Sequence record: PV654397.1
Length of the DNA: 64,000 nt
Reading direction: 5' to 3' (one strand)
The stretch's first letter is position 1. The number at the start of each line of letters is the position of its first letter. This document shows positions 1 through 10,285 of this stretch, piece after piece. The position numbers and the translations under genes are program-made. Below the pieces are notes generated by a model. That model had not been told where the DNA came from, made no database searches, and saw only the letters and a list, made by a program, of their open reading frames with translations.

Positions 1-2
1 GT

Positions 3-3000
3 GGTAGTTTTGATTTAGATGATATCCAAGCAACAACATTATCAGTATCCGGTGCTTCAGCACTAACTGGTGCAGTTACATTGGGTGCAAACATCACTGG
101 TCTAGCAAGTACTGCAACATTCAAAGCAATCAATTTGGGTCAAAATACCGCTGATGCTAACGTTAAGCTAGGTTTTGCATATACTGCACCTAGTGCACGT
201 CCAACAGTCTTGTTAGCAAACGAAGTTCAATCTGAACTAATGTCTCCTGCTAAGTTGAACGTTCTACAAACTGCAACCTTCGGTTCTGCTGCACTATCTA
301 CCTATGGTATTACTGGTAATGGTCTAAACAAATTAGATTATCTAACAATTACTGGTAACGCAACACAAAACCCTGCTACTCCACAACTTCAAGTTGGTGG
401 TAAAGCAATTCTTAATGATGTTGAATTTACAGGTACTGTAACTGGCCTAACTGTTGATGTGAGTGGACAAGATCTAACTCCTAAATCAGTAGTTGCTGCT
501 GAAGTAATCAAAGGCCAAACTCTTGAATCAGTTGGTCAAACAACTGTAGGTTCATCTCTACAAGTTGGTGGTGCTGCAACTGTTACTGGTGCATTATCTG
601 CTGCCTCTGGTACTTTCAGTGGTGATGTTAGTGGTTCTAAAGGTATCTTCAGTGATAGCGTATCCGGTACAAGTGCAACCTTTACTGGGGATGTTAGCGG
701 TGATAACGCAACCTTTAGTGGCGATTTATCTGCTGTAGCTGGCACTTTCAGTGGTGATGTAACCGTAACTGGTCAAACAATCACGGTTAAAGACTTGGTA
801 GTAACTGGAACTTCAACTGGTGTAACTGCAATCGCTGACGTTGACGGTCTTGATATTGCTCCAAACAAAGTTGATGTTACAACAACTCTATCTGTTGCTG
901 GTGAATCAACTCTTGCTGGTGTTACAGCAACTTCAATCAATAGTACTGGTGCAATTGCAGGTACTGCAATTTCTGGCTCTACTATTACAGCAACTGGTGA
1001 AATTTCTGGTGCATCATCTGTAGTAACTGGTCTTTCTAAATCTGGTAGCGTTGAAACTGGTGCTCTAAAGGCATCTTCTGTTGAAACTGCAATCATTAGC
1101 AACACTGCTGGTGTGTCAATAACAAACAACACTTCAATTGCAGGTAATCTATCTGTAACTGGAACTGTTACCCCTGGTGCAATTGACCTAAGTACTACTG
1201 ATATTGATGCTAAGTCTCTAACAACTACTGAAGGTGCTAACATTGGTGGTGACCTAGTTGTTGCAGGTACAGTTGATCTAAGTGCTGCTGACGTTGCTGT
1301 TAAATCTCTAACCAGTACTGGTGCAGTTATTAGTTCTGAAGGTACAGTAAGTAGTGTTCTACCTAAACTTTCCAGTACTGAAGCTAATATTACCACAGTG
1401 ACTGCAACCACTGCAAATGCAACCACACTAAATGTAACTGGTACATCAACTCTAGCTGGTGTTAACGCTTCTGGTGCTATTACTTCTGCAACTAACATTA
1501 CCGCTACTGGTGTATTAAAAGGTGCATCTGTTGAAACTGCGTCAATCAGCAATGCTGATGGTGTAGCAATTAACAATAACACTACAATCACTGGTAATTT
1601 GGACGTATCTGGGACATTGACCCCTGGTGCAATTGACCTAAGTACTACTGATATTAGTTCTAAGTCTCTAACCACAACTGAAGGTGCTACAATTGGTGGC
1701 GATCTTGTGGTAGCAGGTACTGTTGACCTAAGTGCTGCTGATGTGTCTGTGAAATCTCTTGCAAGTGCAGAGACAATTACAAGTGCTGGTGTTATTACAG
1801 TTTCGGATACAGTGAATTCTAGCACTCTACCAAAACTAATTACTACTGATGCAACTATTGGTGCTGTCCATGCAGCTACTATTGAAACAACTGGTTCAAG
1901 TACACTAAAACAAGTATCTGCTACTGAAGTAACAGCTACAAGTATTGTACTAAATTCAGTTGGTGAAGGTTTACGTGTTGACAATAATGCAAACATTAAT
2001 GGTATATTAAGTGTTAATAATATTACTTCTACCAATGATACTATTGCAATTGCGAAAAGTGCTGCTATTACTGGTGATCTGACCGTATCTGGGACATTGA
2101 CCCCTGGTGCAATTGACCTAAGTACTACCGATATTAGTTCTAAATCCCTAAGTACTACTGAAGGTGCTACAATTGGTGGTGACCTAGTTGTTAATGGTTC
2201 AATTGATTTAAGTTCTTCCAATGTTTCAGCAATTACCCTTGCTAGTTCTGGTAATACTACCGTTGGTGGTAACCTAGTACTAACAACTGGTGTTGTAACT
2301 GGCAGCCCATCTGTATCTGGTAACCTTTCAGTTGCAGGTACTGCGGCAGTAACTGGTGCAACTACCCTAACTGATATCGTAAATATCGGTAAGAAAGTAA
2401 CTGTAAGCACTGGTGGTATTCAAGTAGTTGCAGGTGGTATTAATACCGACGCTATATTAGTATCCGGTGATACAACTTTAAACAACACTACTGTAAACAC
2501 TACCTTAAATGTAACTGGTCAAAGTACAGTAGCTGCACTAAGTGCTGCATCTTTGAATGTATCTGGTGATAGTACTGTTCAAAAACTAACAGTTGAAGGT
2601 GAATTGGTTCCACAAGGTGGTATCGACCTAACTGGTGCAGATATTTCTGCTAATAGTCTTGCAACTGCTTCAACAATCACTGCAACTGGACTAAGCACAC
2701 TAAGTGGTGGTGTAAGTACTACTAATGTTACTGCATCTGGTACAGTGAATGCTGGTAGTTTGGATGTTACTAACAACGCAACCGTTGGTGGTAATTTGGG
2801 TGTAACTGGTTCATTAACTTCTGGACCATTGAGTGTAACAGGTATTGCGAATATTACTGGTGTAACAACTGTTGGTTCATTGGTTTCCGGTGCTGTATCT
2901 GGTAGTACTGGTACATTTAGTTCAACATTAGGTGTAACTGGTGCAGCTACATTTGACAATGACGTAACTGTTGAAGGTGTATTCACCCCAGCAGGTGGTT

Positions 3001-4826
3001 TAGACCTAACAACTTCTGATATTACAGCTAAGAGTTTGTCAGTATCTGAAACTATTCACTCTGATGGTGCAGCTTCCTTTGGTGGTAACACAACAGTAGG
3101 TGGTACATTGGGTGTAACTGGTGCAGTAACTGCTCCATCGGCAACCCTAAGCGGTACTGGTACTGCACTAGCAGTAACTAATAATGCAACTATTGGTGGT
3201 ACATTGGGTGTAACTGGTCAAGCATCACTTGGTTCTATAGTAACTTCTGGTGTATCTGCAACAAGTGGCTCTTTCAGTACTACTCTTGGCGTTACTGGTG
3301 CTGCGACATTTGGAAACGATGTAACTGTAGTTGGAACACTAACTCCTGGTAGCTTAGATCTAACTGGTGCAGATATCTCTGCTAAAACACTAACTCTATC
3401 TGAAACATTAAATGCGACAGGTAATACTACCCTTGGTGGAACATTAGGTGTAACTGGTTTAGCAACAATTGGTGGAACACTAACGTCTGGTGCAGTAACT
3501 GCTCCATCTGCAACCTTGAATGGTTCAGGAACTGGTCTAGCAGTAACTAACAACGCAACCGTTGGTGGTACATTAGGTGTAGTTGGTCAAACAACACTAG
3601 GTTCTGTTAAAACTGGTGCAACTCTAACAGTTGGTACACCATTAGGTGAGCAGCCTGAAACTGTACAGATTATGCCAGACACTTATATTGCTGGTAAACT
3701 ACGTGTTGAGGGTGGTATTAACGCAGATATCGATGTTGGTGGACAAACACTAGAACCGTTTGCAGTAATAGCATCTGATTCTTTATCTTCTGCTGGTAAT
3801 ATTACTGCTGGTGCAGCAATTATTTCAAGTTCTGCAACAATTGGTGAAGTCGGTTCACAAAACAACAACCTAATCGTTAATGGTAACGTTGTAAACAACG
3901 GTAACTTCACTGTTACTGGCGTACTAAATGCACAATTGAACCAAGCAGATTCCGATGTAGCTGTTAAGTCTTTGACTGCAACTAACAACGTAGCTGCTGG
4001 AACCACATTAAGTGCAGGTACTGCAATTACTGCTGGTACTTCCATCACTGCAACTGGATTACTTAAAGGTAATACTTTAGAAGTTACTACTACTGGTTCA
4101 TTTGGTGGTGCAGTAACTATGTCAAGTGGTGCAAACATCACTGGTACAGTAGGTATTACTGCTGGTAACCTAACAGTGGGTGGTGATATCTCTGCAACTG
4201 GCACTGCTGGATTCGGTGCAACAACCGTTTCTACAATTACAACATCAGGTTTGGCTACACTTGCAAGTACATCCGTTACTGGTAACGCAACAGTAGGTGG
4301 AACACTAGCAGTAACAGGAGCACTAACTGCGAATGGTAACGTAACATTAGGTGACGCAGCGGCTGACGTTCTAACCGTTAATGCAACTTCATCATTTAAA
4401 GAAAATGCTGTGTTTGATAAGGCAGTAACAGTAACTGGTGAACTAACCACTACTAATGCTAACTTAACTACTACAACAGTAACTACCAAAAAGTATGATG
4501 TAATCCCAACTCAAGTTACATCATCAGTAATTGCTCCAACCGGAACATGGACTCCAGATGGTACAAGTAACGTGTACTTCATCACTCTAGACCAAGATAC
4601 CACGTTGGCTCCAATTACTGGCCTAATTGGTGGCGGTAAAGCTGCATCAGTATACATCTATGTTAAACAAGATACAACTGGTAACAGAAACTTTACAACT
4701 GATGGTACTTATGCTGTTGTTGATGGTGAACTAAACAAAACTGCTGGTAGCGTGACCATTTACCAAGTAATTTATGATGGTGTAAGTCCAGTTACTGATT
4801 TGTTCATTGCACAACGTACTGCTTAA
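3..4826 (+). CDS. Giant tail fibre/spike-like virion protein, 5' end outside window
   Basis: Frame is open from base 3 (GSFDLDDIQATT...), so 81 is not the true start. Over 1600 aa of G/T/S/V/A-rich beta-repeats with internal duplications and a distinct C-terminal domain. Confidence 0.8.
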   Translation, partial: GSFDLDDIQATTLSVSGASALTGAVTLGANITGLASTATFKAINLGQNTADANVKLGFAYTAPSARPTVLLANEVQSELMSPAKLNVLQTATFGSAALSTYGITGNGLNKLDYLTITGNATQNPATPQLQVGGKAILNDVEFTGTVTGLTVDVSGQDLTPKSVVAAEVIKGQTLESVGQTTVGSSLQVGGAATVTGALSAASGTFSGDVSGSKGIFSDSVSGTSATFTGDVSGDNATFSGDLSAVAGTFSGDVTVTGQTITVKDLVVTGTSTGVTAIADVDGLDIAPNKVDVTTTLSVAGESTLAGVTATSINSTGAIAGTAISGSTITATGEISGASSVVTGLSKSGSVETGALKASSVETAIISNTAGVSITNNTSIAGNLSVTGTVTPGAIDLSTTDIDAKSLTTTEGANIGGDLVVAGTVDLSAADVAVKSLTSTGAVISSEGTVSSVLPKLSSTEANITTVTATTANATTLNVTGTSTLAGVNASGAITSATNITATGVLKGASVETASISNADGVAINNNTTITGNLDVSGTLTPGAIDLSTTDISSKSLTTTEGATIGGDLVVAGTVDLSAADVSVKSLASAETITSAGVITVSDTVNSSTLPKLITTDATIGAVHAATIETTGSSTLKQVSATEVTATSIVLNSVGEGLRVDNNANINGILSVNNITSTNDTIAIAKSAAITGDLTVSGTLTPGAIDLSTTDISSKSLSTTEGATIGGDLVVNGSIDLSSSNVSAITLASSGNTTVGGNLVLTTGVVTGSPSVSGNLSVAGTAAVTGATTLTDIVNIGKKVTVSTGGIQVVAGGINTDAILVSGDTTLNNTTVNTTLNVTGQSTVAALSAASLNVSGDSTVQKLTVEGELVPQGGIDLTGADISANSLATASTITATGLSTLSGGVSTTNVTASGTVNAGSLDVTNNATVGGNLGVTGSLTSGPLSVTGIANITGVTTVGSLVSGAVSGSTGTFSSTLGVTGAATFDNDVTVEGVFTPAGGLDLTTSDITAKSLSVSETIHSDGAASFGGNTTVGGTLGVTGAVTAPSATLSGTGTALAVTNNATIGGTLGVTGQASLGSIVTSGVSATSGSFSTTLGVTGAATFGNDVTVVGTLTPGSLDLTGADISAKTLTLSETLNATGNTTLGGTLGVTGLATIGGTLTSGAVTAPSATLNGSGTGLAVTNNATVGGTLGVVGQTTLGSVKTGATLTVGTPLGEQPETVQIMPDTYIAGKLRVEGGINADIDVGGQTLEPFAVIASDSLSSAGNITAGAAIISSSATIGEVGSQNNNLIVNGNVVNNGNFTVTGVLNAQLNQADSDVAVKSLTATNNVAAGTTLSAGTAITAGTSITATGLLKGNTLEVTTTGSFGGAVTMSSGANITGTVGITAGNLTVGGDISATGTAGFGATTVSTITTSGLATLASTSVTGNATVGGTLAVTGALTANGNVTLGDAAADVLTVNATSSFKENAVFDKAVTVTGELTTTNANLTTTTVTTKKYDVIPTQVTSSVIAPTGTWTPDGTSNVYFITLDQDTTLAPITGLIGGGKAASVYIYVKQDTTGNRNFTTDGTYAVVDGELNKTAGSVTIYQVIYDGVSPVTDLFIAQRTA
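1171..2128 (+). repeat. Three copies of an internal fibre module
   Basis: Identical cccctggtgcaattgacctaagtactac at 1171, 1621 and 2101; protein unit TPGAIDLSTTDI..KSL.TTEGA.IGGDLVV. Confidence 0.9.
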
Positions 4827-4892
4827 TAATTATAATAAAAAAAACGGTGTCATCAATTATGGTGACACCATCTTAACAAGTGAGGTAGTTAT

Positions 4893-5672
4893 ATGTTTAC
4901 ATATGTAAAAGGTAGTTCTAAAGAAAATTATGAATTGGGTAACATCATCTCCAACCCAGTTGGTGTTAAGGGTTTAAAAGAACGCCCTGGGGCAACTCCA
5001 GATGATGAACAAACATATCGTTATTTGTACAGTGATATTCGTGCACTTTATGGTATTTCAAGTAAAGATGGTTCTGAAATTGAACCTAATAACGCTGTTC
5101 GCAAAGAAGAGGGTTTCTGGTGGTTGGAATATAAGAATGTTGGTAATGTGAACGCAATTAATGAGAATTTGGAATATATTAAACTACAAGATAGTAATCA
5201 ACCAGTCATCACATTCTTAGAAGAAGCAGAAGGTGAATATAAAGAGTTAACAGTACTGAAAACTTATAATTATGTTGATATGGACATTGCAGCAGTTAAA
5301 TCTGATCTGAAAGCACGCACAGTATCATCTCGTAGTGATCGTATTAATGCTGGTTATATGTTTAACGGTCATCGTTATAGTACTGATCTAGCTGGTCGTC
5401 AAATGCTTCTTAATTATTATACACAAGTAACTTCCGGTTCTGATAGCGTTTCGATTTTCCTTGATGACGCAATTGTAAAACTATCTGCTGCTGAAATGAC
5501 TCAACTATACACTGAAGCATTTGCTATGGTTGAATCCCTATTTGCAGAGTGTAATAAGCAATGTGCTGACATTGATGCAGTTCCTGATGCTGATGAAGAT
5601 GCAATTTATAAAGCACAACAGGCGGCTGTATGGGTATATGAAGGTATTGATATTCCTGAGCGTACTCGTTAA
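4893..5672 (+). CDS. Tail fibre assembly-like protein, DUF4376-like C-terminal domain
   Basis: Directly follows the fibre gene with a gagg RBS; GYMFNGHRYSTD..GRQ resembles DUF4376. Confidence 0.55.
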   Translation: MFTYVKGSSKENYELGNIISNPVGVKGLKERPGATPDDEQTYRYLYSDIRALYGISSKDGSEIEPNNAVRKEEGFWWLEYKNVGNVNAINENLEYIKLQDSNQPVITFLEEAEGEYKELTVLKTYNYVDMDIAAVKSDLKARTVSSRSDRINAGYMFNGHRYSTDLAGRQMLLNYYTQVTSGSDSVSIFLDDAIVKLSAAEMTQLYTEAFAMVESLFAECNKQCADIDAVPDADEDAIYKAQQAAVWVYEGIDIPERTR

Positions 5673-5686
5673 TTTATATTTTTTTT

Positions 5687-5716
5687 AAAGGTCAACTATG
5701 GTTGGCCTTTTCTTTT
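5687..5716 (+). terminator. Intrinsic terminator
   Basis: aaaggtcaac-tatg-gttggccttt followed by a T-rich tract. Confidence 0.7.
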
Positions 5717-5764
5717 ATCTAAAATAAATACTTAATATATAATCTATTCTGAGGAAATATTTAA

Positions 5765-7729
5765 ATGAGTATAAATCGAATTAGAGGTGATGGTGGTGTA
5801 ATTATAGATAGTCAGGCATTTCTAGAATTACCTAAAGCACCGACTAAAGAAACCGCTGATGTGGTTAGATCAGGGATGATTAGATACAATAAAGGATGGA
5901 AAGCATTTGAAGGTGTACTAGACTTTGAAGATGGTTCAATGGCATATCGACGTTTTGCAAACCTAGATGCAAACGGTAAACTTCTTACTTCCCAATTACC
6001 AGATTCAGTAACTAGTGGTTTACAATTTGTTGGTACATATAATCCCATCCCAGATGATATCGATCCACCTTTAGCACAAACTCCACTACCAGCACCATCA
6101 CCATCGCTTAATGGTGATTATTATGTCGTTCGTGGTATAATGGATGCCGCACAAGCACATTATGAAGCAAATAATCCACAAACAAGTCCTGTTACATTTA
6201 CACCTACAAATCCAACTGGACAAGGTAATTGGATTGAAATTTTATATTATGTTGACTCTAATCCAAATATTTCTGGTGCTAAACTAGTAACATACGCTTT
6301 TGCTAGAATTATTACTGCATCTATTCCCAGTACTGGACATGATGGCCTTGAAAATTTAGCAACAGATACTGACTTGACCAAACCATTTGCATCTGGTGTT
6401 CCAATGAACCAAACTGCACTTTCAGATGGCGATTGGATTATTATAACTGAAGATAAGAATATACGTCTTCGTCAGTCAAGAACAAGCATTTCCGCTGCTT
6501 CAGTATTATATGACAATACTGTAATGATTGCAAATCATCGTCAATTTAGAACAAACGCAGGGACCGTTCAAACATCCATAGATAACGTTGTGATTGAGTG
6601 TTTACGTAGAACTGGCGATTCCATGTATAATGATGGAACAGACGGCTCTGGGCGTTTTGGTGTGGTGTATGGCAGTGCAGCAGCACCAGCATTGACATTT
6701 AATAATAATCCGTTTGACCCAACGAACAACCCAGGTAATGACCCAACTAAGTGGTCCGATGCTAATACTGGTATATTCCATCCAGCAGATGATGCAATTG
6801 GTTTTACAACAGCCGGAACTGAGCGTGTTAGAATTAATAATGGAACATTAACATTATTCCAAACTACCGCTACACCAGCAGCTACGCCAGTAATACGTTT
6901 TGATAATGCATCAAACACAAACGTAGGGATAAGTGCAAGTAGTAATATTATTTCTTTAAGTTCAATGAATAAAGTTCAAGTTGAATTTAAAAATGGTGAA
7001 TCACATTTTCATGGAAATATTATTGTAGATGGATCAACATCACTAACTGGTGATTTAAACGCAGGTAACATCACTGCCAGCGGGAATTTAGTTGTTAAAG
7101 GTAATACAACACTAGGCGACACTACTGGTGACACTATTACAGTTAATGGTGTTAGTACTTATAATGCAAATACTAATTTCAATGGAACTAATAACAAATT
7201 CAAAAACATAAACTTACTAGAGAATGGTGTATTCACATTAGAAAGTACTACAAACCAAAGTGATATAAAACTACTTGGTGCAGACTTACGTTTCACTATG
7301 GGAAGTTATGCTGATGTAAGTATATATGATAACGGTGTTATTCGTACTCGTTTCAACCGATATGGTATTCAATTACCAGTACTGGCTACAATTGATAACT
7401 CAGTTGGTGTTGATGGTATGATTGCATACTCAAATACCGAACGTACATCGATGCAGAAGGTCCAAGGACAATGGGTTCCAATTGGTTCTGGTTCTGTACG
7501 TACTGACCCGTTTACTGCGTCAGCGTGGGTTTTAAACGGCTCATATTACACATTAACAGTAACTGCTAGTAACATAGTAACTGCTGAAATTCAAGAACTC
7601 GTAAGTACTGGTGTTTACACTCGTGTTGAAGTTGATAGTGTCACATTCAATGGAACAAGCGTAGTGTTCAGTATTCCTGCAACTCCTGATGTGAGATTTG
7701 CCGGACGTACACTGGTTACATTAAGATAA
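5765..7729 (+). CDS. Virion structural protein, tail/baseplate fibre-like
   Basis: 654 aa with GMIRYN motifs, PAL.F..D.NTGIF fibre motif and beta-repeats; TAAATA and RBS upstream. Confidence 0.65.
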   Translation: MSINRIRGDGGVIIDSQAFLELPKAPTKETADVVRSGMIRYNKGWKAFEGVLDFEDGSMAYRRFANLDANGKLLTSQLPDSVTSGLQFVGTYNPIPDDIDPPLAQTPLPAPSPSLNGDYYVVRGIMDAAQAHYEANNPQTSPVTFTPTNPTGQGNWIEILYYVDSNPNISGAKLVTYAFARIITASIPSTGHDGLENLATDTDLTKPFASGVPMNQTALSDGDWIIITEDKNIRLRQSRTSISAASVLYDNTVMIANHRQFRTNAGTVQTSIDNVVIECLRRTGDSMYNDGTDGSGRFGVVYGSAAAPALTFNNNPFDPTNNPGNDPTKWSDANTGIFHPADDAIGFTTAGTERVRINNGTLTLFQTTATPAATPVIRFDNASNTNVGISASSNIISLSSMNKVQVEFKNGESHFHGNIIVDGSTSLTGDLNAGNITASGNLVVKGNTTLGDTTGDTITVNGVSTYNANTNFNGTNNKFKNINLLENGVFTLESTTNQSDIKLLGADLRFTMGSYADVSIYDNGVIRTRFNRYGIQLPVLATIDNSVGVDGMIAYSNTERTSMQKVQGQWVPIGSGSVRTDPFTASAWVLNGSYYTLTVTASNIVTAEIQELVSTGVYTRVEVDSVTFNGTSVVFSIPATPDVRFAGRTLVTLR

Positions 7730-7730
7730 T

Positions 7731-7763
7731 AAAAAAGGGAGACATAAGTCTCCCTTTTCTTTT
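7731..7763. terminator. Bidirectional terminator between convergent genes
   Basis: aaaaaagggagac-ataa-gtctcccttttctttt. Confidence 0.85.
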
Positions 7764-8691
7764 ATACAGCCATTGGTGCTTTGATTGTTGGCATTGGATC
7801 GTAATTAACTAATTTGAAAGAATCCATAGTGAAATCTTCAATATCAGTAATAGTAGGATCTAGCCATAATTCTGGTAATGTACGTGGTTCACGTTGGAGT
7901 TGCTCTTTTACTTGTTCAATATGGTTTTGATAGATATGGCAGTCGCCACCATTCCAAATAAATTCACCAACATCTAACCCTGTAATTTGTGCAATCATAT
8001 GAGTTAGTAGTGAGTAACTACTAATATTAAATGGTACACCAAGGAATAGATCAGCACTACGTTGATGAAGAATACAACTTAGTTTACCCTGTACAACACA
8101 AAACTGCACAAAGCTATGACAGGGTGGCAAAGTCATAGCATCAAGCTCACCAACGTTCCATGCACTTAGAATGTGACGACGACCGTATGGATCAGTATTG
8201 ATACCTTCAATAACTTGTTTTAGCTGGTCAGTTACACGACGCATAATAACACCATGTGAACCAGTATAATCAATAACTTTATACCCTTTATCTTTTAGTT
8301 CTTGAATTTCTTCAGTACTGGAACTGAATTTATAATCTTCCCATTCACGCCATTGTTTACCATAAACTGGGCCAAGCTCACCATCAGAATACCCAAGGCT
8401 TACACCTTGATTAAGGTAGTTGTCTGTCCAAATTGTTTTCTTTTCTACATCACGTGTCCCGTGTAAAATTTCACACAGACGACGCTCATCGTGAGAACCT
8501 TCAATAAACCATAACAATTCTGAAGTCATTGCTTTCCAAGCCAAACGTTTAGTAGTTACTGCTGGGAAACCTTCTTTTAGGTCAAAACGCATTTGTTGTC
8601 CGATTAGCTTGATAGTGCCAACACCAGTACGATCAACGCTTTCGACACCTTGATCCAGAATTCTTTGATATAGTTCTTGTAGTTGTTTCAT
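7762..8691 (-). CDS. thyA: Thymidylate synthase
   Basis: DRTGVGT, LPPCH catalytic Cys, QRSADLFLGVPFN, C-terminal PMAV. Confidence 0.97.
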   Translation of the reverse strand: MKQLQELYQRILDQGVESVDRTGVGTIKLIGQQMRFDLKEGFPAVTTKRLAWKAMTSELLWFIEGSHDERRLCEILHGTRDVEKKTIWTDNYLNQGVSLGYSDGELGPVYGKQWREWEDYKFSSSTEEIQELKDKGYKVIDYTGSHGVIMRRVTDQLKQVIEGINTDPYGRRHILSAWNVGELDAMTLPPCHSFVQFCVVQGKLSCILHQRSADLFLGVPFNISSYSLLTHMIAQITGLDVGEFIWNGGDCHIYQNHIEQVKEQLQREPRTLPELWLDPTITDIEDFTMDSFKLVNYDPMPTIKAPMAV

Positions 8692-9284
8692 TTTACGTCC
8701 TTGAAAAATGTAATAAAGTGTTCCATGTGTTTTTGTGTAGCATTACGTGAACCAATCCCAGTCCAGTTACCGTGTGGTGCTGGTATTGAGAATGTTTCAG
8801 TAAACTCTTTCAGTACTGTATCATAATAAAATACAGAGCGAGTGTTCATATCATAACAATATATTTCTGGATTGTCAACTGAATCCATATACATCTGTAC
8901 GGCCCATGCAGTTCCACCTGAAACTTGCGTAGGTGATGTAATATTTGCAATACAATATACTCTTTTTGTATTAAGTATCTGATAACTATTCCTTGCAAGT
9001 AAGTTATATACATACGAACCAGGCTTAGGAACTTTACGGCGTAAAGAGTAACATGCAATGTTTAATTGTTTTAATATTGAACTATCACAAAGGATATTGG
9101 GTGGAATTTCTAATATAGTATTTTCATCTACGCTGCTTTGGTGACCCTTGAATGAAAAATTTATTACTTCAAATCCATTGTCTTTTGCATAGATAGAAAA
9201 AAGGCGGTCAGCACCTGCTGCCCCGCCACTGAAACATACATTAGATAAACCATTGATTGCTTCATCTAATTCTATTTTATTCAT
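8688..9284 (-). CDS. SLOG/DprA-like nucleotide-binding protein
   Basis: SGGAAGAD, LLARNSYQI, GGTAWAV and GIGSR motifs. Confidence 0.6.
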   Translation of the reverse strand: MNKIELDEAINGLSNVCFSGGAAGADRLFSIYAKDNGFEVINFSFKGHQSSVDENTILEIPPNILCDSSILKQLNIACYSLRRKVPKPGSYVYNLLARNSYQILNTKRVYCIANITSPTQVSGGTAWAVQMYMDSVDNPEIYCYDMNTRSVFYYDTVLKEFTETFSIPAPHGNWTGIGSRNATQKHMEHFITFFKDVK

Positions 9285-9289
9285 TTATA

Positions 9290-9943
9290 TTATTTTGCTT
9301 TACGTTCTGCAAATGCCTGTTTAACTTTCTCAATTGCTTTGGTTTGTGAAATTCCTTCTGGGATTTCAATATAGAAAGTTTTGCTATCAGGTGCTACAGG
9401 TGTTGCTTGAACTTGTGGACGTAGAGATGGTTCTAAGTTGTAAGCACGTTCAAAGTGCTCTTTAGCCAACTGCTCATAACGTTGTGCATCTTTAAGTAGT
9501 TGCTCAACAATGGTAGCTTCTTCAACAGAAGTATCAACTTCTTGTGGCTTGAATGGGTTGTATTCTTTAACTTTACCATCTTCATGTTTTTTAGCATCAT
9601 TATCATTGATTGCGTTGTTTAGAACATCAAGAGAAATCTTACTGTTTCCACCAACATGCATATCAATATCACAAGTACGTGCACGACGCAAATGTTGTAG
9701 ATTATGAAGAACATCTAGCATTTTGCGACCGTCTAGATGACCAATCTTATGCATAACTTCCCACAAATCTACATTCGATTGACCTTGATTCATTACTAAA
9801 TCTGCAACAGATTGAGCATATGCTTCAGGAAGTGAATCGCGATAAACAATGAGACAATGTTCTGGATCATCAGGGAGTGAACGCCATACCACAAATACTC
9901 GTGAACCCGTATTACGTACTACACCAACGTGACGAATAGCCAT
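9290..9943 (-). CDS. Hypothetical protein
   Basis: 217-aa ORF with RBS, tightly packed in operon. Confidence 0.8.
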   Translation of the reverse strand: MAIRHVGVVRNTGSRVFVVWRSLPDDPEHCLIVYRDSLPEAYAQSVADLVMNQGQSNVDLWEVMHKIGHLDGRKMLDVLHNLQHLRRARTCDIDMHVGGNSKISLDVLNNAINDNDAKKHEDGKVKEYNPFKPQEVDTSVEEATIVEQLLKDAQRYEQLAKEHFERAYNLEPSLRPQVQATPVAPDSKTFYIEIPEGISQTKAIEKVKQAFAERKAK

Positions 9944-9945
9944 TA

Positions 9946-10176
9946 TTATTCTCCTTTATTTTGTTCAGCAGCAGCTTGTGCAGCATCAGCTTCTTCTTGT
10001 GCTTTGATATCTTCGAGTGCAGAGTTGGCAAACTCAACAAACTTAGATACGACTGGAGCAACATCAACAAGTTCTTCGACTTTAAATGAATTACGAGCCA
10101 CAGCAGCTTCCATGATTTTAGCAGCGTTGATTAGGTCGATTAGTGTTAGTTGAATTTTTTCTGGTTCTTGTTCCAT
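9946..10176 (-). CDS. Small acidic hypothetical protein
   Basis: Start reassigned to MEQEPEK, which has a ggag RBS. Confidence 0.7.
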   Translation of the reverse strand: MEQEPEKIQLTLIDLINAAKIMEAAVARNSFKVEELVDVAPVVSKFVEFANSALEDIKAQEEADAAQAAAEQNKGE

Positions 10177-10243
10177 TTTAATACTCTCCATGTATGTTGT
10201 TACAAATATAATTATATCACCTTTTTCCAAGCTGTCCCGCTGA

Positions 10244-10273
10244 AAAAAGTAGAGAACGGAATTTTCCGTTCTC
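10244..10273 (-). terminator. Intrinsic terminator after vWA gene
   Basis: gagaacgga-att(t)-tccgttctc hairpin with a minus-strand U tract. Confidence 0.7.
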
Positions 10274-10285
10274 ATTATTTAGTAC

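Noticed and set aside
773-4489. Long minus-strand ORFs (545, 135, 111 and 268 aa) opposite the fibre gene
   Set aside because: Antisense shadows of a repetitive gene with biased codons; no RBS; low-complexity translation.
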